This document shows positions 32,477-41,527 of a DNA stretch of 64,000 nt, piece after piece. How positions within the stretch are numbered: the stretch's first letter is position 1; each line of letters opens with the position of its first letter. The position numbers and the translations under genes were made by a program. The notes below the pieces were generated by a model that was given only the letters and a program-made list of their open reading frames with translations, was not told where the DNA came from and made no database searches. Source of the stretch: Candidatus Cloacimonadales bacterium (lineage in GTDB: Bacteria > Cloacimonadota > Cloacimonadia > Cloacimonadales > JAIOQZ01); assembly GCA_963665815.1 (NCBI GenBank), contig OY762463.1:1344001-1408000 (forward strand), in the 5' to 3' direction.

Positions 32477-34945
32477 CTAAACCTCTTTATTTGTAACCGG
32501 AATCTTTATGACTACAGAAGTACCTTTATCCGGTTCACTATCAACATCTATTGAACCATTATGTATTGAAACTAACTCTTTGCTCAGCATAAAGCCAAGT
32601 CCTGATCCCTGTTCATTGTCTGTTCCTGTTCTCACTACATTATCATCAATCCTGTAAAGCTTTTCCACTTGCTCAGATGTCATTCCAATACCTGTATCAG
32701 AAACTGATATCTTATGAATACCCTCTTCGCATACATAATCCACACTGATTTTCCCACCTTGTCGGGTGAACTTAACAGCATTAGTCATCATATTAAGAAA
32801 AACTGTCTTCATCATGTTTCCATCAACCATAATCTGAATATCATCCGGTAATGCTATACTTAAGTCAATCCCCTTTCTTTCTGTCTGAATAAGGATCAAT
32901 GGGGCAATCTCTTTAAAAATATCTGCAATGCCAATCAGTTCCGGGTTAAACTTAAATGAACCGGTCTGAGTTTTCGCCCATTGCAGAAGATTCTGCAATA
33001 AATTCAGAACATGACGAATTCCTTTATGAATCTGACCAACCATATTTGTGATTTTCTCTTTGTCGAATCTATCATAGTGTTTTTCTACCATTTCAGCAGA
33101 TAACAGCAGTACCCCAAGCGGATTTTTCAAATCGTGAGCAATTATTGAGAACAATCTATCTTTTGCAGCATTAAGCTCAATCAGATTTTTTTCTGAAGCT
33201 TTTAAAGCAATCTCCGTATTTCGTATCTCAGTAATATTCTGCAGAAGAACAATATCACCGGCATATTCTGACTTATGGTCTTCATAACAGGAAAGATGAA
33301 TCAGAAAATACTGTACACCATGATTTTTGCTAACATACTCTCCGGAAAAAATTCTATCATCTTTATCACATCCTGCAGCATATTCGTAACCTAACATTGA
33401 TAAAATATCACTTGTTGTCATATCTCCTGCATCACCAGATGAAATTCCCAACAATTCATTTAACCTGCTATTGCTTCCAATTATCCTATGTTCCGAATTT
33501 GTATAAAACAGAGGATTAGCAACATTTTGCAGAATTCTTGTAAGGAGAGTATGCTTATCTTTAAGAATATCATTACTTAGTGTTATTTCTTCATTCTTAA
33601 AAGTTAATTCTTCTTTCTGATCAGTTATAAGAGCATTCTTCTCCAATAAATCCTGACTCAACAAGCTCTTAATCCTGTATCTACTGTAAGTGAGAAACAA
33701 AAGTAATAGTATCAGAAAGGCAATTACAAAAAAGAAAATAGTCCTTATTCTGATGGATCTCCTCTCATGCTCAAGTTCTTGTTCTTTTTTAGCAGTTTCA
33801 TATTGAACTTCCAGTTCGTTTATACTCCGTTCACTATCTCTGGTAAAAAGAGAATCCGAAAGCCTTATGTATTTGTCTCTGAACGTTACTGCTTTTTCGA
33901 GAGATTTCATTCTTTTTTTGTTTTCCTTATGCAGATGATAATGTTCGGATTTAACATCATAAAGATTACTCATTGCAGAATACAACTCAAGAATCTCATA
34001 TTGAAGATCAATCTCATTCATAACCTTCAATGCATCATACAACATAGATTCTGCTTTATTCAGGTATCTTTCATCATCCTCATTTTGTCCCTTTATCAGC
34101 AATAAAGCAGATATATTTTTTTTAAACATCGCAACAGATTCAATATCATTAAGTTTCATTGCTATTGCCAGTGCCATTGTATAATAATGAAATGCTTGCT
34201 CATGATCCTGCTCTGTACGATAAATTGCTGCCAGATTATTGTAGTTTGCTGCAACACCTTCAATATTATCAAGTGCTTTATCTATCTCCAGAGATTTTTC
34301 ATAGTATTTTTTTGCTGTATTCAAATCTCCGGAATCATGAGCAAAAATTCCAAGATTAGTATAAACACCAGACATGCCCATTTTATAATTGTGGTTTTCA
34401 AAGAATATTAAAGCTTGGTTAAAGTATCTTTTAGCCAGTTCAATTTTACTCAGTTCATAGTACATTGTTCCAATGTTTTGTAAGGATTCGCCTTCTGCGA
34501 TTTCATCTTCCAGCTGTTGAGCAATTTTTACAGATTTCTGGTAATACTCAAGTGCTGATTCATAATTTCCGAGATACTTATTTGCCAATCCCAGATTGTT
34601 AAATATCCTGTTCTTTTGTCTCAAGTTGTTTAACTTATCAGCATCTCCTAATGCATCAAGATAAATCTGCTCTGATCTTCGAAACTGAGACAGTCGCAAA
34701 TACGCATTCCCAAGCAGTATTTTAATATCCAGAACATCTTCATTATCTCGTGTTCTTCGTGCATCATCCAAAGCTGCTTTAATGTATTTCACAGCATCAG
34801 ACGGATTCTCATTTTTTATGTTCTCTGCTTTTTCCAGCATCTGTTTCCAGGATTCTTCCCTGGTCTTGTCGTTGTCTGCATGCAGAGGCAGCATCAACAG
34901 ATAGACTATGATTGATAAAAGTACCAGAGTCCTGTTTTTACACAT
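32477..34945 (-). CDS. Membrane TPR-TM-PAS sensor histidine kinase
   Basis: Signal peptide, extracytoplasmic TPRs, one TM, PAS-like domain, AHDLKNP, NMMTNAVKFT, DTGIGM, GSGLGF; start uncertain (34945-34984). Confidence 0.88.
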   Translation of the reverse strand: MCKNRTLVLLSIIVYLLMLPLHADNDKTREESWKQMLEKAENIKNENPSDAVKYIKAALDDARRTRDNEDVLDIKILLGNAYLRLSQFRRSEQIYLDALGDADKLNNLRQKNRIFNNLGLANKYLGNYESALEYYQKSVKIAQQLEDEIAEGESLQNIGTMYYELSKIELAKRYFNQALIFFENHNYKMGMSGVYTNLGIFAHDSGDLNTAKKYYEKSLEIDKALDNIEGVAANYNNLAAIYRTEQDHEQAFHYYTMALAIAMKLNDIESVAMFKKNISALLLIKGQNEDDERYLNKAESMLYDALKVMNEIDLQYEILELYSAMSNLYDVKSEHYHLHKENKKRMKSLEKAVTFRDKYIRLSDSLFTRDSERSINELEVQYETAKKEQELEHERRSIRIRTIFFFVIAFLILLLLFLTYSRYRIKSLLSQDLLEKNALITDQKEELTFKNEEITLSNDILKDKHTLLTRILQNVANPLFYTNSEHRIIGSNSRLNELLGISSGDAGDMTTSDILSMLGYEYAAGCDKDDRIFSGEYVSKNHGVQYFLIHLSCYEDHKSEYAGDIVLLQNITEIRNTEIALKASEKNLIELNAAKDRLFSIIAHDLKNPLGVLLLSAEMVEKHYDRFDKEKITNMVGQIHKGIRHVLNLLQNLLQWAKTQTGSFKFNPELIGIADIFKEIAPLILIQTERKGIDLSIALPDDIQIMVDGNMMKTVFLNMMTNAVKFTRQGGKISVDYVCEEGIHKISVSDTGIGMTSEQVEKLYRIDDNVVRTGTDNEQGSGLGFMLSKELVSIHNGSIDVDSEPDKGTSVVIKIPVTNKEV

Positions 34946-35807
34946 GTTTTTCATCCTGATATATCTTGTTGTATATCTGTTCAAGAGTAATCTTGTTTTC
35001 AGAAATTGATAATGAATGATTGTTCTCCGATTTTATTTCATTCAGTAATTCTGTTAGAACTAACTCGTTTTCGACTTTCTTATTTATTGTCTTTCCATTA
35101 ATAACATAAGACACTTCAAAACTTTTGTACAGGCTATATTTTTTAAATAAATTACTAAGATTATCCGACTCTATTTTTTTCCCTTGCTTCATTATCGTTA
35201 CTTTTTCACAGACAGACTCAACTTCATGAAGATTATGTGAAGAAATAATAATGGTTTTTCCCATATCTTGTCGATAACTCTTCAGTATCCCGGAAACTTC
35301 TTTAACAATAACGGGATCAAGTCCGGCAAAAGGCTCATCAAGGAATATTATATCCGGATCATTCAGGAATGTAACAGCAATAAGAGTCTTCTTATACATC
35401 CCTGTAGACAGTTTCTTGATCTTTTTCTTCAAAAACTCTGATAAATCAAACAATTCGACCAGCTCTGAGATTTTATTTTTTCTGTTTTCAATTTTGAATA
35501 TTGATGAAAAGAAATCCAGAACATCTTTCACATTAAGATCTTCATATAGTTTCAGTTTTTCAGTAAGAAAACCAATTTTTCTCTTTTCAACTTTCTTGAT
35601 TGTAGACAGCTTCCTGCCTTTAAAAAGCACTTCACCACTCGAAAAGGGTATAACTCCGTTTGCAATCATAAAAGCTGTTGTTTTACCGGCTCCATTATGA
35701 CCGAGAAGTGCCTGAATTCTACCTTCTTCAATACTCCAGGAAAAATCATCCAGAGCATTTGTCTCTTTATACTTTTTTGTTACATTTCTGAATTCTATTA
35801 ATGACAT
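34938..35807 (-). CDS. ABC-2 type exporter ATP-binding protein
   Basis: GHNGAGKT, LSTGM, IFLDEPF, ISSH. Confidence 0.9.
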   Translation of the reverse strand: MSLIEFRNVTKKYKETNALDDFSWSIEEGRIQALLGHNGAGKTTAFMIANGVIPFSSGEVLFKGRKLSTIKKVEKRKIGFLTEKLKLYEDLNVKDVLDFFSSIFKIENRKNKISELVELFDLSEFLKKKIKKLSTGMYKKTLIAVTFLNDPDIIFLDEPFAGLDPVIVKEVSGILKSYRQDMGKTIIISSHNLHEVESVCEKVTIMKQGKKIESDNLSNLFKKYSLYKSFEVSYVINGKTINKKVENELVLTELLNEIKSENNHSLSISENKITLEQIYNKIYQDEKHV

Positions 35808-35846
35808 ATATATCCTGCTTGATATTTAATTTGGGGGTTTGACAAC

Positions 35847-36851
35847 TTACATTGACTTGATTATTGTCCTTTTCATAAGAATCAAACTGAGGAAAAACAA
35901 CACAACTGTCAAAATACCGATCATAATTACAAGATTTATGGAGACATCATTTCTGATAATTTGTTCTACTAATTCTGTAATAAGAATCAAAGGATCAAGC
36001 TTGAGAATGAACTCCACAACAGAGTTAAGAGATTCCTTTATAACTGAATAAAATATAGTCGGGAACCATAGCAGCATTGGCAGATATCCCTTTATCATTT
36101 CGTTCGCAGTAACTGATGCGAAAAACAATCCGACCATTGCTGTTGGAATTACAACAACCGGTAGATAGATTAACAATGAAAAACTGAATGTAAGCATACC
36201 TGTTGCAATCGCAAGAGAATAGAATAACCCGAATGAAACAATTTGAATCAACAGAACACATACGAGCTTGCTTAACAAAAGCTCAGCTTTGGATATTCCT
36301 GATTTAAGCACAAGCAGAATGTTGTGTTTCTGAATCTCATGATGCAGCATTGATGTCCCGTAGTTCATTGATGAAAGCAATAAAAGGAAGTTAAGTACAA
36401 TAGTCAACAAAGCATAGTTCATACTGAATTTTTTCTTCAACGTAAACCTTTTCTCAGTAATCGGATAAAATTTATCTTTCAACAGAGCATATATTAACCC
36501 GGACTTCTCCTTGTTCGTATTCAAATAGACAACCTTCTCTTCTCCATCCATGTAATAGATTATTGGTAACTTCCCTTTTTCAAACTCCATAAGAAGAGAA
36601 TCTCTTCTCACATACTCAATATTGAGAGGAATTGGAGATTCAAGATATTCAAGAGTGATTTCATCTTTACCACCGAATTCTTGTGATAGTTCTTTCTGAA
36701 CATGAAGTTTGAGATTGTCTCCAGATGAATTCATCATAAAATTGAACAGAAACAAGTACAGAATTGGTATCCCAAGTGAAAATATCAGGACAACAGGATT
36801 CTTGTAGAGAATTTTAATGTCCTTAACTATCAACGCTATGTATTTACTCAT
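35847..36851 (-). CDS. ABC-2 type exporter permease
   Basis: N-terminal KDIKILYKN + TM, extracellular loop, then further TMs; adjacent to the ATPase. Confidence 0.8.
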   Translation of the reverse strand: MSKYIALIVKDIKILYKNPVVLIFSLGIPILYLFLFNFMMNSSGDNLKLHVQKELSQEFGGKDEITLEYLESPIPLNIEYVRRDSLLMEFEKGKLPIIYYMDGEEKVVYLNTNKEKSGLIYALLKDKFYPITEKRFTLKKKFSMNYALLTIVLNFLLLLSSMNYGTSMLHHEIQKHNILLVLKSGISKAELLLSKLVCVLLIQIVSFGLFYSLAIATGMLTFSFSLLIYLPVVVIPTAMVGLFFASVTANEMIKGYLPMLLWFPTIFYSVIKESLNSVVEFILKLDPLILITELVEQIIRNDVSINLVIMIGILTVVLFFLSLILMKRTIIKSM

Positions 36852-36911
36852 TATTCAACCTAAAAAAAAATAATGATTTAAAAATCCAGTTACCTATTGA
36901 TAAGTCAAGGA

Positions 36912-37322
36912 ATTTAGGAACTCAATTTGGCATCCCCCGTTTTTTCTTGAAAATCTGACTTCAAGAAAATTGGAAGGATTTTTAGCAGACATTTCTTAGA
37001 AAAATGCACTCTTCATTTTCTTTGGTGCCAAAGAAAACGAAACAAAAGAAAGGCACTCTTTTTAAAATGTATTTCCAGTAAACTGGAACCATAAATTTTT
37101 CCTAAAATCCTTCCAAGGCTTCAGGATTTCTTAACGGTTAAATTTATTATACAGTAAAAAAGAGAAATTGCTATCATCAATGCAAAACAATCATACTTAG
37201 TTCAAAGCTATTACATTGATTCATATTTTCCACTGATTTACTGTTTCAATACTTTTATTTATAATAAGTTATACATACATTGTATTTGGGTTTCGGGGGG
37301 ATGCATGATTTAGGAACTCAAT
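36912..37322. mobile_element. Non-autonomous insertion element (MITE-like, 381 bp) flanked by 15-bp direct repeats
   Basis: ATTTAGGAACTCAAT at 36912-36926 and 37308-37322; IR GCATCCCCC/GGGGGATGC each 3 nt inside the ends; several internal hairpins. Confidence 0.7.
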
Positions 37323-37364
37323 AAGATTGCAACAAAAATTGTATAAATAACTTGTAAAATAAAC

Positions 37365-37414
37365 AAAAACAGCATATCCAACTCTATATACTTAAAGAAC
37401 CGGATATGCCGTTT
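37365..37414 (-). terminator. Intrinsic terminator of the Cache gene
   Basis: Minus strand AAACGGCATATCC ... GGATATGCTGTTT then TT; loop is long (22 nt). Confidence 0.5.
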
Positions 37415-37448
37415 AATTTTGCTAATGTGCAAAACTCTAACATATATT

Positions 37449-37937
37449 TCATTTTTTTAAAATTTTTTCTACATCTTCCTTTGTATAATCATATATACCA
37501 GCAGCTACAATGTAATCTGTACCAGGGACTTTTTTTACATAAGAAACTTTGTCAGATACTTCGTTTTCACCTGCTTTAGGCCACTCATATTGTACCCAGC
37601 CAGCACCTTCACCTATACCAACCTTCACCATTTCAATCGCCCAGTAATTACCGTTTCTGTCTTTTGTAGTTTTAACATCTAATCCGACAAGGGTCGAATT
37701 CATAGGATGTGCAGCAATTCTGAGCGTCTTAGTGTTTATTACAAATACGTATGAATCTTTCCAGACAAATTGCCCATTTTTATTATTAATTTCTGTTAAA
37801 GCGGCATCTCCCTTTTCTTCAATCAGTTTACTGGCTTCCTCACATTTCTTTATAAGTTCCTGTGGTGTTGCTTTTTCAGTAGAAGCTGCAAGTAAACCTA
37901 CAGAAAGCAGGATAACCAGAATAATCATATTTCTCAT
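37449..37937 (-). CDS. Stand-alone periplasmic single Cache (sCache_2-like) protein
   Basis: Signal peptide; G.FVWKDSYVFV, AHPMN..LVG, GWVQYEWPK, K.SYV, VAAGIY; GGAG SD before ATG 37937. Confidence 0.85.
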   Translation of the reverse strand: MRNMIILVILLSVGLLAASTEKATPQELIKKCEEASKLIEEKGDAALTEINNKNGQFVWKDSYVFVINTKTLRIAAHPMNSTLVGLDVKTTKDRNGNYWAIEMVKVGIGEGAGWVQYEWPKAGENEVSDKVSYVKKVPGTDYIVAAGIYDYTKEDVEKILKK

Positions 37938-38118
37938 AAATAACTCCTTTATTCTAAAAAATAATGTAATATTATGGCTAAACAAATAAAAAATTATACT
38001 GACTCATAAAGCATGTCTTAAATTTTGAATCATGACTCAGAATGGATTAATATAATCTGAAACTTGGATTTACGGTAATTTCTTGACATCTGAAAGCAAT
38101 AATGAAATTGATGCATTA

Positions 38119-38207
38119 TCGCCGAATAGTGTTACCTAAACATTTGCATGGAGCACTATCGATAGGGTTGTTCTGGAAACGGAACTGCCTCCCGTTTGGA
38201 AAGGCGA
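38119..38207 (+). ncRNA. Moco-family riboswitch lacking P3 (predicted tungsten-cofactor, Tuco, subtype)
   Basis: P1 UCGCC/GGCGA; P2 AUAGUGUU/AGCACUAU enclosing a CCUAA...AUGG tetraloop receptor; P4 AGGG..GUUCUG-GAAA-CGGAAC..CCU; 3' GCCUCCCGUUUGGAAAGG matching the moaA-leader consensus; no P3. Confidence 0.9.
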
Positions 38208-38265
38208 GGAAGAAATAACGTACAATTCGTATCTTTCTTGCCTTCAAAAAAATATTTTTTGGAGG
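38201..38265 (+). promoter_or_regulatory. Riboswitch expression platform (anti-sequestrator and SD sequestrator)
   Basis: 38201-38213 can pair with 38232-38244; alternatively CCUUCAAAAAA (38241-38251) pairs with UUUUUUGGAGG (38255-38265), covering the SD. Confidence 0.7.
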
Positions 38266-38269
38266 ATTA

Positions 38270-40099
38270 ATGAAAAAATTAAATCTTTTACTTTTAACGG
38301 CGTTACTTATGTTTATGCTTGCAATAGGTGCATGCAGCGAAGACGACAATGATGATAACAATAATGATGTTGTTGTTGAACCGACTTTTACTTTTACTAT
38401 GCCTGACAGCTCAGAACTCGCAATAAGCTTTATAGCTTCAGTTGTTGATTATGACGGTACAGATGTAACAGGTTATTCACTTGATCAATTTATTCCGGAA
38501 GATCCTTACGATCTTGAAATCTCCAGAGCTGTTGGCGATGATATTTTTGATGATGATGTGAGAAATCTTTTTGTTTACGAACTGCTTGGCGAAGATGGTT
38601 TTACACCTTATGAAAACGGTGAAAAACATCTTGCCTGGGAAGTATTCAAAACAGGATACTTTCTTCCAACTGAAAAATCCAAGGCATTCTTTGCAGATGA
38701 AGAAATTGTTAAAGCATATAATGTGAGATACTTGGATAAGTTTAACCTTTACAGAGCTTTCAGAGTCTCTAAAATGGATATAGAAACAACATTCTTAACA
38801 GGTGCATATTCAAATTCAAATGTTTCTTTCACTGATAGAAAAGATAATGCCGTAACCTACGAAGGCTTTAAACTTGAAGATATGATTAATCCTGATGTAA
38901 CAACCACTCCTGAGAACTACACTTACTACGTTGGTGCTGTTGACGGCTGGATTAATGACGATACAAACAACACATTCACATGGGCACAAATGCAGAATGC
39001 TTATTTCTTCCCTGAAGAAAACAGAGTATGCTTCATTGAAAACGGTACAGAAGTTTTCAAACCTGTAAAAAGCCCATACTCCATTGAACTTACCGAAACA
39101 AACCCTCCAAGTATTGCTGCCCCAACAGATCTTACTGTAAACACAGATTCAGACATCGTTCTTTCATGGACTGATAACAGTGACAACGAAACAGGTTTCA
39201 CAATTGAAAGAAAATACGATTCCGAAGATGCTTTTGTAGCTGTTGACAGCGTAGATGCCAATGTAACAACCTATACTGATACTAATGCAGATTTTGCTCA
39301 GCAAATTAAATACAGAGTCGCTGCACACAATTCAGAAGAAATGTCCTACTATACTAATGAAGTTACTTTAGATGCTTCAGCTACTCCACCAGCTCTGGCG
39401 GACACGACTAAAATCGCTGTTCAATTTGAGCTTGATTTCACAGATTTGTCTTCTTACACTTCAGAAACAATCACTGTTGAAGGTGCAGATGTAACTGCTT
39501 ATAAACTTGACCAGTTTATTGATCAGTCTGAAGTAACAGCTCTCTACGGTGAAGACGGTGTAGACTGTAGAGCATTCTACTGTTACCATCTTGTCGCTGC
39601 TGACAGCTGGTCACCAAGAGACAAAGATAACAGAGACCTTACATGGGCTGAATTCAGTTCAGGTTACTGGCTTGAAGGTGATCAGAAAGCTTACTTCCCA
39701 TCAGAGGATATTTCAAGACAGTTTGATGTGGGAGATCTTAAATATGTTAATCTTTATAACACAATAAACATCTCTGATGCAGATGGTAACCTCATCACTC
39801 CATTTGAATACTTGGGAGCTGAAACACAAAGCATTACTTATATTCACCATGAAGAAGAATACACAGAAGATGCTGTTCCTTTGACATCAATCATTACATC
39901 TTACGTTACAACTGACCCTGCAAGCTATACTTACGATTTTGCAGCAGCAGACGGTTGGGAAACAGATCCTGTAACTTGGGAAAACATGCAGAAAGGTTAC
40001 TGGCTTGTTAATGCAAACAAAGCTGTATTCATTGATGCAGCCGGAAATCAGGTTATTACCGGAATCAAAAGCGTTGTAGGAATTCAGTTAATACAGTAA
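38270..40099 (+). CDS. Acidic lipoprotein: two pairs of molybdopterin-binding-like domains around an FN3 domain
   Basis: Lipobox AIGA-C; four repeats of G(Y/F)xLxxxI...Y...AxDG(W/F)...W...GY(F/W)L...F; FN3 segment APTDL...LSWTDNSDNETGF..ER. Confidence 0.7.
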   Translation: MKKLNLLLLTALLMFMLAIGACSEDDNDDNNNDVVVEPTFTFTMPDSSELAISFIASVVDYDGTDVTGYSLDQFIPEDPYDLEISRAVGDDIFDDDVRNLFVYELLGEDGFTPYENGEKHLAWEVFKTGYFLPTEKSKAFFADEEIVKAYNVRYLDKFNLYRAFRVSKMDIETTFLTGAYSNSNVSFTDRKDNAVTYEGFKLEDMINPDVTTTPENYTYYVGAVDGWINDDTNNTFTWAQMQNAYFFPEENRVCFIENGTEVFKPVKSPYSIELTETNPPSIAAPTDLTVNTDSDIVLSWTDNSDNETGFTIERKYDSEDAFVAVDSVDANVTTYTDTNADFAQQIKYRVAAHNSEEMSYYTNEVTLDASATPPALADTTKIAVQFELDFTDLSSYTSETITVEGADVTAYKLDQFIDQSEVTALYGEDGVDCRAFYCYHLVAADSWSPRDKDNRDLTWAEFSSGYWLEGDQKAYFPSEDISRQFDVGDLKYVNLYNTINISDADGNLITPFEYLGAETQSITYIHHEEEYTEDAVPLTSIITSYVTTDPASYTYDFAAADGWETDPVTWENMQKGYWLVNANKAVFIDAAGNQVITGIKSVVGIQLIQ

Positions 40100-40100
40100 A

Positions 40101-40631
40101 ATGTTCAAAAAAAAACTCAAAACAATAGATATATTATATATTGCTGTTTTTGCAGCTTTAGGACTGGCGGTTAAACCAATCGTCAGTCCTCTTAACAAAC
40201 TGGTACCAATCCCCGGAGGTTCGCTTGCCGGTGGATTCTATATGATGTGGATGGCTATTGCCGTTGCTTGTGTCAAAAGATTCGGAACCGGATTGCTTTT
40301 CGGAGTAGTGCAAATGCTTGTTGTATTATCAATTGGCTTCTTCGGCAATCATGGATTAGTATCTTTGATCACATACACCCTCCCAGGACTGGTTATGGAC
40401 ATTGCAGGATTGTTCATGAAAACAGGAAAAAGTCCGGTTGAACAAGTTATTCTGTGCACAACAGGAAATATGACAGGTGCAGCAATCGTGGCATTTCTGG
40501 TTATGCGACTTGCAATGATACCTCTGATGATTTCACTTACCGCTGCTGCTGTTTCCGGAATAATTGGTGGACTGACATCATATTACATATTGAAACAACT
40601 ACAAAAATACGAACTTATGCAGGAATTATGA
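40101..40631 (+). CDS. ECF transporter S component (YkoE/HMP-thiamine-permease-like family)
   Basis: 176 aa, hydrophobic, D.LYIAVFAAL AxxxA motif, PGGSLAGGFYMMW; same operon as EcfA, EcfA' and EcfT. Confidence 0.8.
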   Translation: MFKKKLKTIDILYIAVFAALGLAVKPIVSPLNKLVPIPGGSLAGGFYMMWMAIAVACVKRFGTGLLFGVVQMLVVLSIGFFGNHGLVSLITYTLPGLVMDIAGLFMKTGKSPVEQVILCTTGNMTGAAIVAFLVMRLAMIPLMISLTAAAVSGIIGGLTSYYILKQLQKYELMQEL

Positions 40632-41527
40632 AAAAAATAATTATCTTATTAACTATAATGGCTGTTTTTATGAATATTGCCGCCTTAAAGGTAGGAAGCA
40701 AAGAATATTCTCTCGAAGCATTGAAAAAACTTGATCAGCAGAAAGTCAAAACAGAATATGAGAAAAGAGGTGAACTTAGAAAGAACACCTGGAGTGGCAT
40801 ACCTGTGAAACTTTTATTGAAAGAATCCGACATCTGGAAAGATAACTCTGAATTCGTGTTTCAGTCTGCTGACAACTATCTTGTAAGACTCAATTCGGAA
40901 GATCTACCATCTGACAAAGCAATAATCGCACTGACAAAAGATGGAGAAGAACTTGATGAAGAACATATCAGGCTTATTGTTAAGGACATGAGAGATATGT
41001 TCTGGATTCGTGGAATAGCAAAAATTTCAAGAACAGAACCCAATGAGATTCAATTACCGGAATATGTATTTAATGGAGAAAATTTCATTAAGATCTATAA
41101 TTTTGACAATGATCCCGGTAAGTTTAAAAACGATGAAGGCTATAAGCTTGCTGATTTTCTGAACAAAGCATTTCCATCAACTGAAGGTGAATTTACAATC
41201 TTCGGAAAAGATGGTGTTAATCACACACTGGATTTCGATCAATTTCTTAAAAATGCCCGAATCCTTAAAGATGAAAAGTCATTTTCACTCAAAAGTGAAG
41301 ATATGCCAGGTGGAATGTGGATTAAGAATCTGATATGCGTATTCCGAAACAATCGCGTTATATTCTTCACAACTAACTATGAAGAAGTAGAATCTGTATT
41401 TGCGAAAATCTTTGACAATAAGAAATTGGAATACAAAATCTATATGAATCTTGAAAACTCAGAAATCAATATTGATAAAGGTGAAGAAGCAGAATTATGG
41501 AAAAACGCTTTATTGTTCCGACAATAG
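40628..41527 (+). CDS. Periplasmic protein with two sulfite-oxidase-type molybdopterin-binding-like domains
   Basis: Start at ATG 40628 with signal peptide; WSGIPVKLLL..FVFQSADNY..IIAL.KDGEEL..IRLIV...FWIRGIAKI; second copy EGYKLADFL..GKDG..GMWIKNL. Confidence 0.7.
   Translation: MKKIIILLTIMAVFMNIAALKVGSKEYSLEALKKLDQQKVKTEYEKRGELRKNTWSGIPVKLLLKESDIWKDNSEFVFQSADNYLVRLNSEDLPSDKAIIALTKDGEELDEEHIRLIVKDMRDMFWIRGIAKISRTEPNEIQLPEYVFNGENFIKIYNFDNDPGKFKNDEGYKLADFLNKAFPSTEGEFTIFGKDGVNHTLDFDQFLKNARILKDEKSFSLKSEDMPGGMWIKNLICVFRNNRVIFFTTNYEEVESVFAKIFDNKKLEYKIYMNLENSEINIDKGEEAELWKNALLFRQ

Noticed and set aside
38000-38110. TGACTCA direct repeats and TTGACA upstream of the riboswitch as a ModE box or full promoter
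   Set aside because: No ModE palindrome, and no convincing -10 element at 16-18 bp spacing.
38119-38207. Cobalamin or TPP riboswitch, suggested by the BtuB-like receptor and YkoE-like S component
   Set aside because: No B12 box or CUGAGA motif; the sequence fits the Moco consensus instead.
40454-40627. N-terminal extension of the 357-aa ORF
   Set aside because: Overlaps the S-component gene; the signal peptide and SD fit ATG 40628.
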